Part shown: piece after piece, positions 30,652 to 41,108 of the stretch
Position numbering within the stretch: the first letter of the stretch is position 1
Layout of the letters: each line of letters starts with the position of its first letter
Origin: an uncultured delta proteobacterium
GTDB lineage: Bacteria; Myxococcota_A; Polyangia; Polyangiales; Polyangiaceae
Direction: 5' to 3'
DNA length: 64,000 bases
Assembly (NCBI GenBank): GCA_963806225.1
Contig: CAWDXG010000004.1
Coordinates: forward strand, 448,001 to 512,000
Program-made: the position numbers and the translations under genes
Notes under the pieces: generated by a model
Seen by the model: only the letters and a program-made list of their open reading frames with translations
What the model was told of the DNA's origin: nothing
Databases searched by the model: none

Positions 30652-30762
30652 GTCCGTTCTCTCTACCTGCCGTCCCGGGAAGCCGAGTGCGCCCCGTCGA
30701 CGCACGTGAATATATTCTACTGAGTGGATCGCTCGAAGAACTTTCCGGGCGAAATTTTGCAG

Positions 30763-30877
30763 CATGGACGCAAGTAGCTCCATGGACGCTGGAAGATCAC
30801 GAGAGTAGGACATTTCCTGTCACATCTAATGGAATGTCCATGGAGCTGATGAACCGTCCATGCACACATGGAACTAC
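30763..30877. promoter_or_regulatory. Array of CATGGA motifs in a lower-GC upstream region
   Basis: CATGGA at 30763, 30781, 30839, 30867; TCCATG at 30779, 30837, 30857. Confidence 0.55.
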
Positions 30878-30976
30878 ATTGTTTCCGCTGCTTCGTAGCC
30901 CTGACGGCGCGGCGCGGCGCAAGCTCCGTCCCGCGCCTTCGGCGATCCCCGCGTCATGAACTTGACGCGGCGCGGG

Positions 30977-31939
30977 TTACGAACCGACCACAGCGGCCGG
31001 CGACGCCTCCAGCGCTGGCCGCGCGCGCCTGACGCCCGGGCCACTGGCGGCCCGTACCGCGCGCCGGAGCTCGTCCGTGGCGGCCTGCTCGCTGCAGGAC
31101 GCGGCGAACAGCCTCGCCGCAACGTCCGCACTGGCAGGACGCGCCTCGCGGTCATGGGAGAGCAACCGTTCGACGACGTGCACCAACCTGGTCGGCGCTC
31201 CGGGTACGAGCGCGGCGAGTGGAAGCCGGTCGTCGTTGGCGATCGCGCCGAGCGGCGAGCTGCCTGGGCGCCCCTGAAACGGCCGCCGCCCGCCGAGCAG
31301 CTCGTAGAGCACGATCCCCAGCGCGAACAGGTCGCTCCGGACGTCGAGACGCTCGCCACGGAGCTGTTCGGGCGAGACGTAGGCCATCTTGCCCTTGACC
31401 AGGCCGGTACGCGTCCAGCGCTCGCGATCAAACGCCCGGGCGACGCCGAAATCGGCCAACTTGACCTCGCCCTCGCACGATATCAGCACGTTGTGCGGGG
31501 TCACGTCCCGATGAACCAGACCGCCCTCTACCGCCCGCTGCGCCGCGGCCAGCGCCCTGCAGACGCGCACGCCGATGGCAGCGGCGACCTGGGAAGACAG
31601 CGCCTCGTCGCGACGCCCGAGCGCGACCGTCAGCGCCCTGAGGTCGAGCCCGCGCACCAGCTCCAGCACGAGGAAGACGCCGCCGGAGCGTTCCTCCAAC
31701 ACGTCGAGCAGGGAGACGACGTTGGCGTGGCGGACGCGCGCCAGAATCCTGGCTTCCTCCAGCAGAGCGCGGCGCTGGACGGGCTCCAGACGCCCGATGG
31801 GTCGCTTCACGCAGACCTCCTGCGCCACGAGACCGGCATCGCGGCGTGCCCGCCACGTCTCGCACGCTCCACCGCGCCCGAGGCGCGACAGGAGCACGTA
31901 GCGTTCGGCCCGGTCGGCCACCTCGAGCTCCCGCAGCAT
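30977..31939 (-). CDS. Cytoplasmic Ser/Thr protein kinase
   Basis: LGRGG, VCVK, VHRDVTPHN, DFG, YVSPE, SDLFALG. Confidence 0.9.
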   Translation of the reverse strand: MLRELEVADRAERYVLLSRLGRGGACETWRARRDAGLVAQEVCVKRPIGRLEPVQRRALLEEARILARVRHANVVSLLDVLEERSGGVFLVLELVRGLDLRALTVALGRRDEALSSQVAAAIGVRVCRALAAAQRAVEGGLVHRDVTPHNVLISCEGEVKLADFGVARAFDRERWTRTGLVKGKMAYVSPEQLRGERLDVRSDLFALGIVLYELLGGRRPFQGRPGSSPLGAIANDDRLPLAALVPGAPTRLVHVVERLLSHDREARPASADVAARLFAASCSEQAATDELRRAVRAASGPGVRRARPALEASPAAVVGS

Positions 31940-32025
31940 GACCCCTGCTCGGTCACCGACCGGCCCGGTTGCGGTTTCGATCGCGGGGCGCGAAAATCGC
32001 GCAGCTTCGTACTAGCCTCACCGCG

Positions 32026-32877
32026 ATGCCTCCGGCACGGGAGCGAATGCAGCGCGATCTCACCGCGAGCGGAGTCCGCCTCCGCGTCGTCGAGGCCGGT
32101 GACGGGGAGCCAGTGGTGCTGCTGCACGGGCTGTTCGTCGATCACTCGAGCTGGGACGGCGTCATGGACGATCTGTGCACGGATTTCCGGGTCGTCGCTC
32201 CCGACCTTCCCGGCTTCGGCGAGAGCGAGAAGCCGCCGCCGAGCCGCTTCCCCTACGGCGTGGACGCATTCGCCGAGACCGTCGCCGACCTGTACGCGGG
32301 GCTCGAGCTCGGGCGCGCTGCGCTGGTCGGGCACGCACTGGGCGGCGCGGTAGCGCTGACGCTCGCAGCGCGGCATCCGGAGCTGGTCAGCCGGCTCGTG
32401 CTGGTCGATTCGCTCTGCTACCAGACGCCGCTCGATCTGCGGCGCAGGATCGCGCTCCTGCCCCTGGTCGGCGGCTTCGCCTTCAAGCAGCTCCTCGGTC
32501 GCCCGGGCTTCCGTGCGCTATTCCGCGAAACCATGCTTTCGGCGCGCGCCAGCGTGCCCAACGAGCGTCTCGACCACTACTACGAGATCTTCAACGAGCC
32601 CGCTGCCCGCGGCAGTGCCCTGGCGACGCTGCGCGCCACGGTGGACGCACGCAGCGTCGTTGCCCAGACGACGCGCGTGTCGACTCCCACGCTGATCGTC
32701 TGGGGTCGCGCCGACCGGCTGTATCCGGCGGGCTTCGGACAGCGTCTCGCCCGGGAGATACGCGGAGCCGGGTTCGAGCTGATGGACTCGGGCCACTCGC
32801 CGCAGGAAGAGCGCCCGGGGGAGCTCGCCGCGGTGGTCCGCCGCTTCCTCCGTTCCGAGCGCCCGTCGGCCTACTGA
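32026..32877 (+). CDS. Alpha/beta hydrolase fold protein (nucleophile position is Ala)
   Basis: LLHG, PDLPGFGES, GHALGG, WGRAD, GHSPQEE. Confidence 0.88.
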   Translation: MPPARERMQRDLTASGVRLRVVEAGDGEPVVLLHGLFVDHSSWDGVMDDLCTDFRVVAPDLPGFGESEKPPPSRFPYGVDAFAETVADLYAGLELGRAALVGHALGGAVALTLAARHPELVSRLVLVDSLCYQTPLDLRRRIALLPLVGGFAFKQLLGRPGFRALFRETMLSARASVPNERLDHYYEIFNEPAARGSALATLRATVDARSVVAQTTRVSTPTLIVWGRADRLYPAGFGQRLAREIRGAGFELMDSGHSPQEERPGELAAVVRRFLRSERPSAY

Positions 32878-33002
32878 CGCTTCGCCGGACTGAAGCCAGG
32901 GTCGAATTTTCCCCAGAAGAGGAAATCGGGCGCGAAGCTCCTTTGACGGCGCCGCGCAAATGCGGGACGACCGTAGGCGCTGCCCCTGCCGCCCCCCCGA
33001 GC

Positions 33003-33869
33003 ATGCTGGATCCGCGCGCTGCCCGCCGTTTCAGGAACAACCGAGGCGCCGTCGTCGGCCTGTTCCTGGTCATCCTGCTCGTCCTGTTCGCGCTGTTCGC
33101 CCCGACGTTGACGGGGCAAAACCCGAACCTGAGCGATTTCGCGCACGGCCAGAACGCTCTGGGACAGCCTGCCGGCATCTCTTCGCTGCACTGGCTGGGC
33201 GTGGATCAGCTCTACCGCGACACCCTGAGCCGGCTGGCCTATGGCGCGCGCGTCTCGCTGCTCATCGCCTTCTTTGCGACAGGACTGTCGATCGGCGTGG
33301 GCGCCGCGGTCGGGCTGCTCAGCGGCTACACCGAGTCGACGCGCGCGCAGGGCATCGATACGGCGCTGATGCGCTTCGTGGACGTTGGGCTCAGCTTCCC
33401 CTACCTCTTGCTGGTGATGGCGATCGGGGCCGCCGTTGGACGCACAACCATCGTGACCATCCTGATGGTGCTCGGGCTCACGAGCTGGTTCGGCACGGCC
33501 CGCATCATCCGCAGCAAGACAATCCAGGTGCGCTCGCTCGACTTCATCGTCGCGTCGCGCGCGCTCGGACAGTCGACGTGGCGGATCCTGGGGCGGCACA
33601 TCCTGCCGAACGTCGCCGGCCCGCTGATCGTGATCGCATCGGCGTCGGTCGCCCAGATGATCATCGCGGAGGCTGTGCTTTCCTACCTGCAGGTTGGCTT
33701 GCCCCCGCCGACGCCCAGCTGGGGGCGCATGCTGCAGGAAGGGCAGCGCTTCATCACGCTCGCGCCGCGGATGACGGTAGCACCGGGCTTCATGATCTTC
33801 CTGGCGGTCATCGGCTTCAACCTGGTGGGAGAAGGGCTGCGCGATGCGCTCGACCCGCACGAGGATTGA
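33003..33869 (+). CDS. Peptide/nickel ABC permease, DppC/OppC type
   Basis: HWLGVDQLYRD, GARVSL, ASRALG, HILPN, PSWG, GEGLRDALDP. Confidence 0.92.
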   Translation: MLDPRAARRFRNNRGAVVGLFLVILLVLFALFAPTLTGQNPNLSDFAHGQNALGQPAGISSLHWLGVDQLYRDTLSRLAYGARVSLLIAFFATGLSIGVGAAVGLLSGYTESTRAQGIDTALMRFVDVGLSFPYLLLVMAIGAAVGRTTIVTILMVLGLTSWFGTARIIRSKTIQVRSLDFIVASRALGQSTWRILGRHILPNVAGPLIVIASASVAQMIIAEAVLSYLQVGLPPPTPSWGRMLQEGQRFITLAPRMTVAPGFMIFLAVIGFNLVGEGLRDALDPHED

Positions 33870-35608
33870 ACGCTTCCTCTGCGCAGCCCTCGCCGCACTG
33901 GCGACGGCCGCCTGCGGCAAGGGGGGCGTGAAGCCGCCCATCGGTCACGCGCGCGACATCCCGCCGCAGCACGGCGGGACAATGCACACGGCTTTTTTCG
34001 TCGACGTGCGTTCACTCGACGCGGCTACCGCCTTCGACACAGGCTCGTCTTCGCTGGAACTGCTCATCTACGACACGCTGATGAGCTACGACAAGAAGGG
34101 ACACCTCGTCCCGCTGCTGGCCGAAAGCGTGGACATCTCGCCGGACGCCAAGCACTACACCTTCACGCTGCACCGCGGCGTGGTGATGCAGGACGGCAAC
34201 GAGCTCAAGGCCTCCGATGTGAAGCGCAGCATCGAACGCGCTCTCGACCCGGGTACTCCGTGCCCGGTGCCGTCCTTCTACGACCGTATCGCCGGCTACA
34301 AGGCCTTCCACAACGGCAAGGCCAAGCACCTCGCCGGCGTCAGGGTCACGGGCGACTACACCGTCGTCTTCGACCTGTCGGAGCCCGACGCCACCTTCAT
34401 GCCGAAGATGGCGCTGCCGATCACGGCGCCGGTGTGCCGTACGGCAGGCCGCAAGTACCACCGCGACTTCAAGCCGTGCGGCGCGGGGCGGTTCAAGCTC
34501 GTGCGTTTCGAACACAGCGACGTGATCGAGCTCGAACGCAACCAGGGCTACTGGCAGAAGGGCAAGCCGTACCTCGACCGCATCGTCTGGTACCTGTCGA
34601 TGCAGGAGTATACGCAGCGCTTCAAGTTCGAGGACGGCAAGCTCGACTATATGCGCGAGTTCGGCCTGGCAGACTGGATGCTGTATCGCGTCCTCACCCG
34701 CCTGGAAGGGCATGGGCGAGTGGGAGCAGTCGATGGGCACCAATGGCACGTTCATGAACTGCCAGATGAAGCCGTTCGACAACGTGCACATGCGGCGTGC
34801 AGTGGCCTTCGCGATCAACCGCAAGCAGATCTCGTCGATTCGCCCCGGCCAGGTGCGACCGCAATACAAGGTCGTCCCGAACGCGATCGTTCCCGACTCC
34901 CCCGGCTACCCCGGCCAGCACTACGACTACCAGCGCGCGCTCGAGGAGATGCGTCTGGCGGGCTATCCGTACGACCCGAAGACGGGCAAGGGCGGCTACC
35001 CGCACACGATCGAGTACATGGCCGTTATCAATTCGTACTCGCAAGAGGTAGCGGAGGTGATGCAGCAGCAGCTCGCGCGCATCGGCATCAGGATCGAGAT
35101 CCAGATCGTCGGCTATCCGACCTACCTCGCCAAGGCCGGCCGCGCGCACACCGTGCGCATGGGCTGGGTAGGGTGGAACGCCGACTACCCGGACCCGAGC
35201 GACTTCTTCGAGCCTATCCTGTCGACCGCGGCGATCCAGCCCGAAGACAGCCAGAACACCGCGTTCTTCTCGAACAAGGAGCTCGACCAGCTTCTGGTGA
35301 AAGCGCGGGATTCGCGGGACCAGCAGGCGCGCCTCCGCATGTACCGTCGCGCCGAGCAGATCGTGGCCGACCAGGCGCCCTGGGCGACCATCTTCTCGTA
35401 CCGCTACTTCGAGCTGTGGCAGCCGTACGTGCACGGCTACCGGCCCAACCCGATGCTGCAGCAGGACGTGCGCGACATGTGGCTGGACACCGCGGAGAAG
35501 AAGCGCGCCCTGGCCGACAACTGCTCGAGCCCGATCCCGGCGCTCGACCGCCTGTGCAGGCGTGGTCGGACGCGCAGCACCATCGCGCTTGCCATGGGGA
35601 GCCCATGA
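33844..35608 (+). CDS. Family 5 ABC substrate-binding lipoprotein (frameshift near 34690)
   Basis: Lipobox TAAC; YTFTLH, KPYLDRI; continues in ORF 34712..35608 (PFDNVHMRRAVAFAINR, GWNADYPDP). Confidence 0.88.
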
Positions 35609-36600
35609 TCCGTTTCATCGCCAAGAAGCTCGGCTGGGCCTTGTTCACGATCTGGGCCGTCATCACGGCGACCTTCCTGATCTACAACATCCTGCCAGCG
35701 GACCCCGCGCGGGTCATCGCCGGGCCACAGGCGCGGCCCGCGGACGTGGCGCGCATCCGCACCCAGCTCGGACTCGATCGCCCGCTCACCGTCCGCTACT
35801 GGCGTTACCTGACGGGCCTGGTGAGCCTGGAGAAGCCTCCACCCAAGGGCAAGAAGGACTCCGCGCTTCACCTCGGGCCAGTGGCGATCGATCTGGGCGT
35901 GAGCTACCTGAAGCGCCAGCCGGTCATCGCTCTGCTGGAGAAGGCGCTGCCGCCAACGCTGCTGGTCGGCATCCTGGCAATCGCCATCGAAGTGTCGATC
36001 GGAGCGCTCGGCGGCGTGCTCGCCGCGATGAAACGCCACTCCGTCTTCGACTGGGGAACGGTCGGCATGACGCTCATCGGGATCAGTGCGCCTACGTTCC
36101 TGACCGGGCTCATCCTGCAGTACTACATGGCGCAGAAGCTGCGGCTGTTTCCATTGGATGGCTACGGCTCGACGCCCATGGAGAAGCTGCACGCGGCCGT
36201 GCTGCCCGCCGTCACGCTCGGCCTGTTCGGTGCGGCGTACTACACGCGCCTGGTCCGCGACGAGATGATCACGCTGCTCAAGCAGGACTACATCCGCACG
36301 GCGCGCGCCAAGGGCCAGCGCGAGTGGGCCGTGGTGTTCAAGCACGCCCTGCGCAACGCGCTGGTACCGCTGGTGACGGTCGTCGGCCTGGAGATGGGTA
36401 CGCTGGTCGGCGGCGCGATCGTGACCGAGAAGATCTTCCGCTGGCCCGGCATCGGCGCGCTCAGCGTGGACGCCATCGTCGAACGCGACGGGCCAGTGAT
36501 CATGGGCGTGGTGATCCTGTTCTGCACCGTCGTGGTCATGGCGAACCTGCTGGTGGACCTGTCGTACGCACTGCTCGACCCGCGCGTACGCCGCAGGTAG
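35605..36600 (+). CDS. Peptide/nickel ABC permease, DppB/OppB type
   Basis: LGLDRPL, DYIRTARAKG, HALRNAL, EKIFRWPGIG, LDPRVR. Confidence 0.93.
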   Translation: MIRFIAKKLGWALFTIWAVITATFLIYNILPADPARVIAGPQARPADVARIRTQLGLDRPLTVRYWRYLTGLVSLEKPPPKGKKDSALHLGPVAIDLGVSYLKRQPVIALLEKALPPTLLVGILAIAIEVSIGALGGVLAAMKRHSVFDWGTVGMTLIGISAPTFLTGLILQYYMAQKLRLFPLDGYGSTPMEKLHAAVLPAVTLGLFGAAYYTRLVRDEMITLLKQDYIRTARAKGQREWAVVFKHALRNALVPLVTVVGLEMGTLVGGAIVTEKIFRWPGIGALSVDAIVERDGPVIMGVVILFCTVVVMANLLVDLSYALLDPRVRRR

Positions 36601-36672
36601 CCCGGCCCCGACGTTCACCCCGGGGCCGCACGAAACTTTGCCAAAGGGGCCAGAGCCGTAATCTGGCGCGGC

Positions 36673-36945
36673 ATGCGTCATCTCTGGTTTCTGGTTCCGC
36701 TCTCCCTCATGGCCTGGGGCTGCGCGGGCACGCCCGCCGCCGAGCCCGTCCGCCGAGGGCCGCGCTCGAGCTCGCGGCCCCCGCTCCGCCGACGGCAGAG
36801 CCGAGCTCGGTCGCGCTGGGTGGCCGCGGCGCGTCTCGGGCCGCCCGGAGGGCGATACCGGCGCAGGACAGCGCCACGTGCAGCGCTGAGCCGGCGTCCG
36901 CGACTCAGGGCGCCGGGAACGCGGCCGTCGGGGGCTTGCCGGTAG
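36673..36945 (+). CDS. Small lipoprotein, probably frameshifted (3' end uncertain)
   Basis: MRHLWFLVPLSLMAWGC signal; remainder looks off-frame. Confidence 0.4.
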   Translation: MRHLWFLVPLSLMAWGCAGTPAAEPVRRGPRSSSRPPLRRRQSRARSRWVAAARLGPPGGRYRRRTAPRAALSRRPRLRAPGTRPSGACR

Positions 36946-39332
36946 AGGGCGGCGGGGGCGGCGGCGTCGTCGCTCGGAGGCGGGGGTAGCGCCGCGTGGT
37001 GATGCACGGCCACGGGTCGGAGTCGGTTCGTGCGTGACCGGCTTCGGCGCGACAGGCTTCGGCTGCTCCGCCTTCGGCTGCTCCGCGGGCTGTTCCGCCT
37101 TCGGCTGCTCCGCGGGCTGTTCCGGCGTCGGCTCGACCTTTGGCGGTGCGGGCGCCTCTGCCGGCTGGACCACCTTGCCCCGTCTTCGGGGGCTGGGCCT
37201 TCGGCTGTTCCTTCTCGTGCACGACGCTCGAGCGCACTGGTTCTTGACCGCTCGCGCCGTGGAAGGCGCCCGACCGCCAAACCGCGACGGCAAACACAGC
37301 CAGCAGGAATCCGACGACGCCGGCCACCACGCGGATGTTGCGGGCGCGGCGCTGCTCCTGCTCGGGAGTCCGCGAGATGCGCTGGACCGCGGCTCTTCCT
37401 CCAGAGCGACCAGTTCCTCGACGCCCGCCGAGAGGTCGAGCTGGACCGCCCTCGTAGCGACCCTTCCTCGCCCTCCGAGAAGAACTCGTCGTGCCAGTGC
37501 TCCTCGTCGCCCGCCTTCTGCGGCTGCCGGTCGCCGGTAGGCTTGGCGCTGGACTCGTGCTCCGCCGCCAGCGCGCGCGCCCGGGCTGCGGCCCCCGCGG
37601 CGCTCGGCAACGTGGTCGTGGGCGTCGCGCGCGGCACGTCCTTGCGCGTCGGCGGCTCCTCTCTTCGGGCTTCGGGCTCGCTACGGCGCGGACTTCGCTC
37701 GGCGCCGCCGGCCGCACGTCGCTCCTCGCACGCGGCGGACGCGGCGGACGTGGCGGACGTCGCGCGGACGCCTGCCCGCCGTCCGGCTGCGCCGCGGGCT
37801 CGGCGCCGCTCCTGCGCTCGCCTTCGCCTTCCTTGCGCGACGACGGGAACGGGATGACCTTGCCTGCGGCTCGCGCTGCGGGTGCTTCCCGCGCAGTCGG
37901 ACGGCTCGCCGCGGCTGCGCTCTTCGCGATCGCCACGGCGGCGCGGGCCTCCGGCGAGTCCGGCAACGTGGACTTGGGCAGCTCCGGCCCCGGCGGCCCG
38001 AGTCCCATGCGCGTCCTTGCCCAGGGCTTCGCGCGACTCCCGCGTGCCCGGCGGACCGCTTTGGTGTCGGGGATCCGTCGCCGAAGCCGTCTACCGGCGG
38101 CGCCACCACGCGGGCGCGCTCGCCGGCTTCCTGCTGGCAGCGACGCGCTGACACGCCGTCGAGCCCGGGCAACGTCGTCGGCGACTTCCCCCCTGATCGC
38201 AGGTTCCAGGGTCGGCGCGGGCGGCCGCCACGATGGCGGCGCCGCCTCGCGCGCGACGGGGATCTTCGGCTCGCTGCTGAGCCGCCCTGGAACCACGTCG
38301 AACTCGCCGTCGTCGGAGGACCCGCGTCGGACCGTCGGGCTCCACGCTGGGCACCACCGCGTCGTCGTGCGGCTCCTTTTCGGGCTCCTGCATGACCAGC
38401 AGCCCTTCGAAGTAGAGCTTGGTCACCGTGGACAGCGTCGAGAGGTCCTCGAACGGCGACTCGTCGACCACATCGAACAGCGAGCGGCGGCCGTCGAAAA
38501 GCGCAGGATGCCGTTGAGCTCGTCGGGGATCTCGTTCAGTCGCTCGACGAGTTGCTCGTGATCGATCTCGAACACGGTCGCGAGCGGCGGCAGCTGCTCG
38601 AGCAGCCTGCCCCACTCGTCCACGCGCCGCATGCCTTCCATCAGAAGCCCCTGCGTGGACGTCGGGATGATGTCCTCGTTCTGCACCGGGTGGAAATCGA
38701 CCTCGAATTCGCCCGGCGTTCCAGATCAGCGCCCGATAGACCGCCTCCTCGCCGCGCAGTCGACCGAGCTCGGCATCCACGACCTTGCCGTCACGGAAGA
38801 AGACCTTCGCTTCGCGCCGCCCATCCGTGATGCGGGCCTCGCCGCTCTTGCGGCTGACCTCGAACGTCTGCAGCAGATCGACGACCCCCATGTCGGCGAG
38901 CGAGCCGGACAGCCGCGTCCGCGCGCTCGTCGGCAGACTGGTCGCCATGCGTTCCTGCGTGCGTCGGGCGAGCAGCAGGTTGACCCGGGCGATCAGCTCG
39001 CGCACGAAGATGGGCTTGGTCAGATAGTCCTCGACGCCAAGTTCGAGACCGCGGATCTTGTCCTCGATCGATTTCTGGCTGGTGAGGAAGACGACCGGAA
39101 TCGTCGCGTAGTCGGAGTTGTCCTTCAGGCGGCGCACCAGATCGTATCCGTCGAGCCGCGGCAGACGCGTGTCGGTCAGGATCAGGTCCGGTGTGGAAAA
39201 CTCGATCTTCGCCAGCGCGTCCGCTCCGTCGGACGCCGTGGTGACGCTGTAGCCAGCCTTCTTCAGACTGACTTCGAGAACGCGCACGCTGCGCGGATCG
39301 GCATCGACCAGCAGGAGCTGTTTCTTGGCCAC
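36905..39332 (-). CDS. Large REC + DUF4388/PATAN-like protein with low-complexity linker, TM and Pro-rich tail (multiple frameshifts)
   Basis: Receiver, [70 protein letters not shown] and PAEQPK segments lie in different frames. Confidence 0.7.
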
Positions 39333-39443
39333 GTCAGACTACCAGCAGCATCGGGTGGATGGATGGGATGTTGGACCCCCGAGGGGCTTTTCCAGGTTGA
39401 TATCGGACGGTACACCACTTTCACCTTGCGCCGGGAGGTCGGA

Positions 39444-41024
39444 TCATTTTGCCCACGGATTGATGATCTCGCCACCGCCGATCCTGGACTGGGACGACCG
39501 GGTGGGGCGTGCGGTCGCAGCGGGTAGCCGGGACTGCACCCTGGGGCTCGCCTTCACGTGCCCAGGCCCCGTGGCGCGACGGGCCGTCGTGTGCCGCCTG
39601 GACGCCGGCGCTGGCGCCGGGGCGATCGCCGCAGCAGCCGAAAGCGCCGCGGTGGATCGTGACGCCGGCAGCGTCCCTGCCCCCGGTCCCGCGCCGGGCG
39701 CGGGGGTCGGCGCGCGCGCGCTTTCCGCCTTGCTGGCGGCCACAGCCGCGGTTCCCGCGTGGCGGAAGTGCTCCACGGCCCACCACCCTCCAGCCGCGAC
39801 AACCAGCAGCCCGCCGACCGCGGCGAAAACGCCAAACCCGCTGCGCCGCTCGCGGACGCCAGCCCGCTTGAGCATCAGCGACAGTTCCTCGGCGCTAGGC
39901 GCTTCGAGCTCGTCGGCCAGAACCGAACGCAGCCGCGGCGCCGAGCCCGCCTGCGAAGGGCGCACGTCCAGATCGCCCGCGGCCGAGAGCTGCACGATCT
40001 CGTCGAGCGCTTCGAGCAGCTCCTGCATCGACTGGTAGCGGCTCTGGGGCTTCTTGGCCAGGCAGCGCAGCGTCAGGTCCTCGAGCGCGCCCAGCTCCTT
40101 GGTCCCGCCGAGCAGCTCGCTGGGCGGCGCGGGCTCCATGTACATGTGCTTCGTCAGAACGCCCATGGCGCTGTCGGCCTCGAACGGCACCCGCCCGGTG
40201 AACATCTCGTACATCACGACACCGAGCGCATAGATGTCCGCGCGGTGATCGACCGGATCACCGGAGGCCTGCTCCGGGCTCATGTAGTGCGGCGTGCCGA
40301 ACACCATGCCCTGCCGCGTGAGACGGCTCTTGCCCGCCACCTTCGCCAGCCCGAAGTCGAGCACCTTCACCACGTCGCTGCCGCTCATCGCGCCGCCCAC
40401 CTGGATGTTGTCGGGCTTCAGGTCGCGATGCACGATCCCGGCCTCGTGGGCTGCGCCCAGCGCCTCGGCGATCTGCCGGACGATGCGGACAGCCCGGGCC
40501 GCGGGAACGGGCCCGCCCTTCTTGATCAGCCAGCCGAGCGGCACGCCCTCCAGCAGCTCCATCACGAAGTAGGGCTGATCGGACGCGAGCCTGCCGAAAT
40601 CGGTGATCTGCACGACATTCGGATGCGACACCGAGGCCGCAGCCTTGGCTTCCCGGATGAAGCGCGCACACAGCTCCTTGTCGGCCGCGATGTCACGCCG
40701 CAGCGCCTTCAGCGCGAAGGCCCGCCCCAGCGCCTTGTGGCGCACGCGATACACGGTGCCCATGCCGCCTTCACCCAGAACGTCGAGCACTTCGTAGCGT
40801 CCCTCGACGACGGTACCGACGAGCCCGTCCAGATCCTGCGGCGGGCCCGACGCTGGCTCGAGCGGCTCGCCGTCGAACGGACAGAAGCGCGCCTCGCGAC
40901 TGGAGAAGCGCTGGCCGCAGGCAGAGCACACCGAACCGTGCTCTCGCTCCGCACGGACGGTTTCCCGGGGCCCGGCCTCCGCTTCGGCAGGCGGGCCCCC
41001 GAACTGGATCAGCGTTTCGTCCAA
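39444..41024 (-). CDS. Membrane Ser/Thr kinase with N-terminal zinc ribbon
   Basis: CSAC..FCPFDG; GEGGMG, HRDLKPDN, DFG, YMSPEQ; TM near residue 400. Confidence 0.92.
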   Translation of the reverse strand: MDETLIQFGGPPAEAEAGPRETVRAEREHGSVCSACGQRFSSREARFCPFDGEPLEPASGPPQDLDGLVGTVVEGRYEVLDVLGEGGMGTVYRVRHKALGRAFALKALRRDIAADKELCARFIREAKAAASVSHPNVVQITDFGRLASDQPYFVMELLEGVPLGWLIKKGGPVPAARAVRIVRQIAEALGAAHEAGIVHRDLKPDNIQVGGAMSGSDVVKVLDFGLAKVAGKSRLTRQGMVFGTPHYMSPEQASGDPVDHRADIYALGVVMYEMFTGRVPFEADSAMGVLTKHMYMEPAPPSELLGGTKELGALEDLTLRCLAKKPQSRYQSMQELLEALDEIVQLSAAGDLDVRPSQAGSAPRLRSVLADELEAPSAEELSLMLKRAGVRERRSGFGVFAAVGGLLVVAAGGWWAVEHFRHAGTAAVAASKAESARAPTPAPGAGPGAGTLPASRSTAALSAAAAIAPAPAPASRRHTTARRATGPGHVKASPRVQSRLPAATARPTRSSQSRIGGGEIINPWAK

Positions 41025-41108
41025 GGGCCCCGCAGGAGCCTAGCAGATCGTCCGCCCGGTCCAATCGGGACAGCTAGCAGGCCGAACAGTCGACCAGGAT
41101 CGCCCCGA

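Noticed and set aside
33844..36600. 918-aa SBP-permease fusion in the ORF track
   Set aside because: Artefact of the frameshift near 34690; the middle section is off-frame and the permease has its own ATG at 35605
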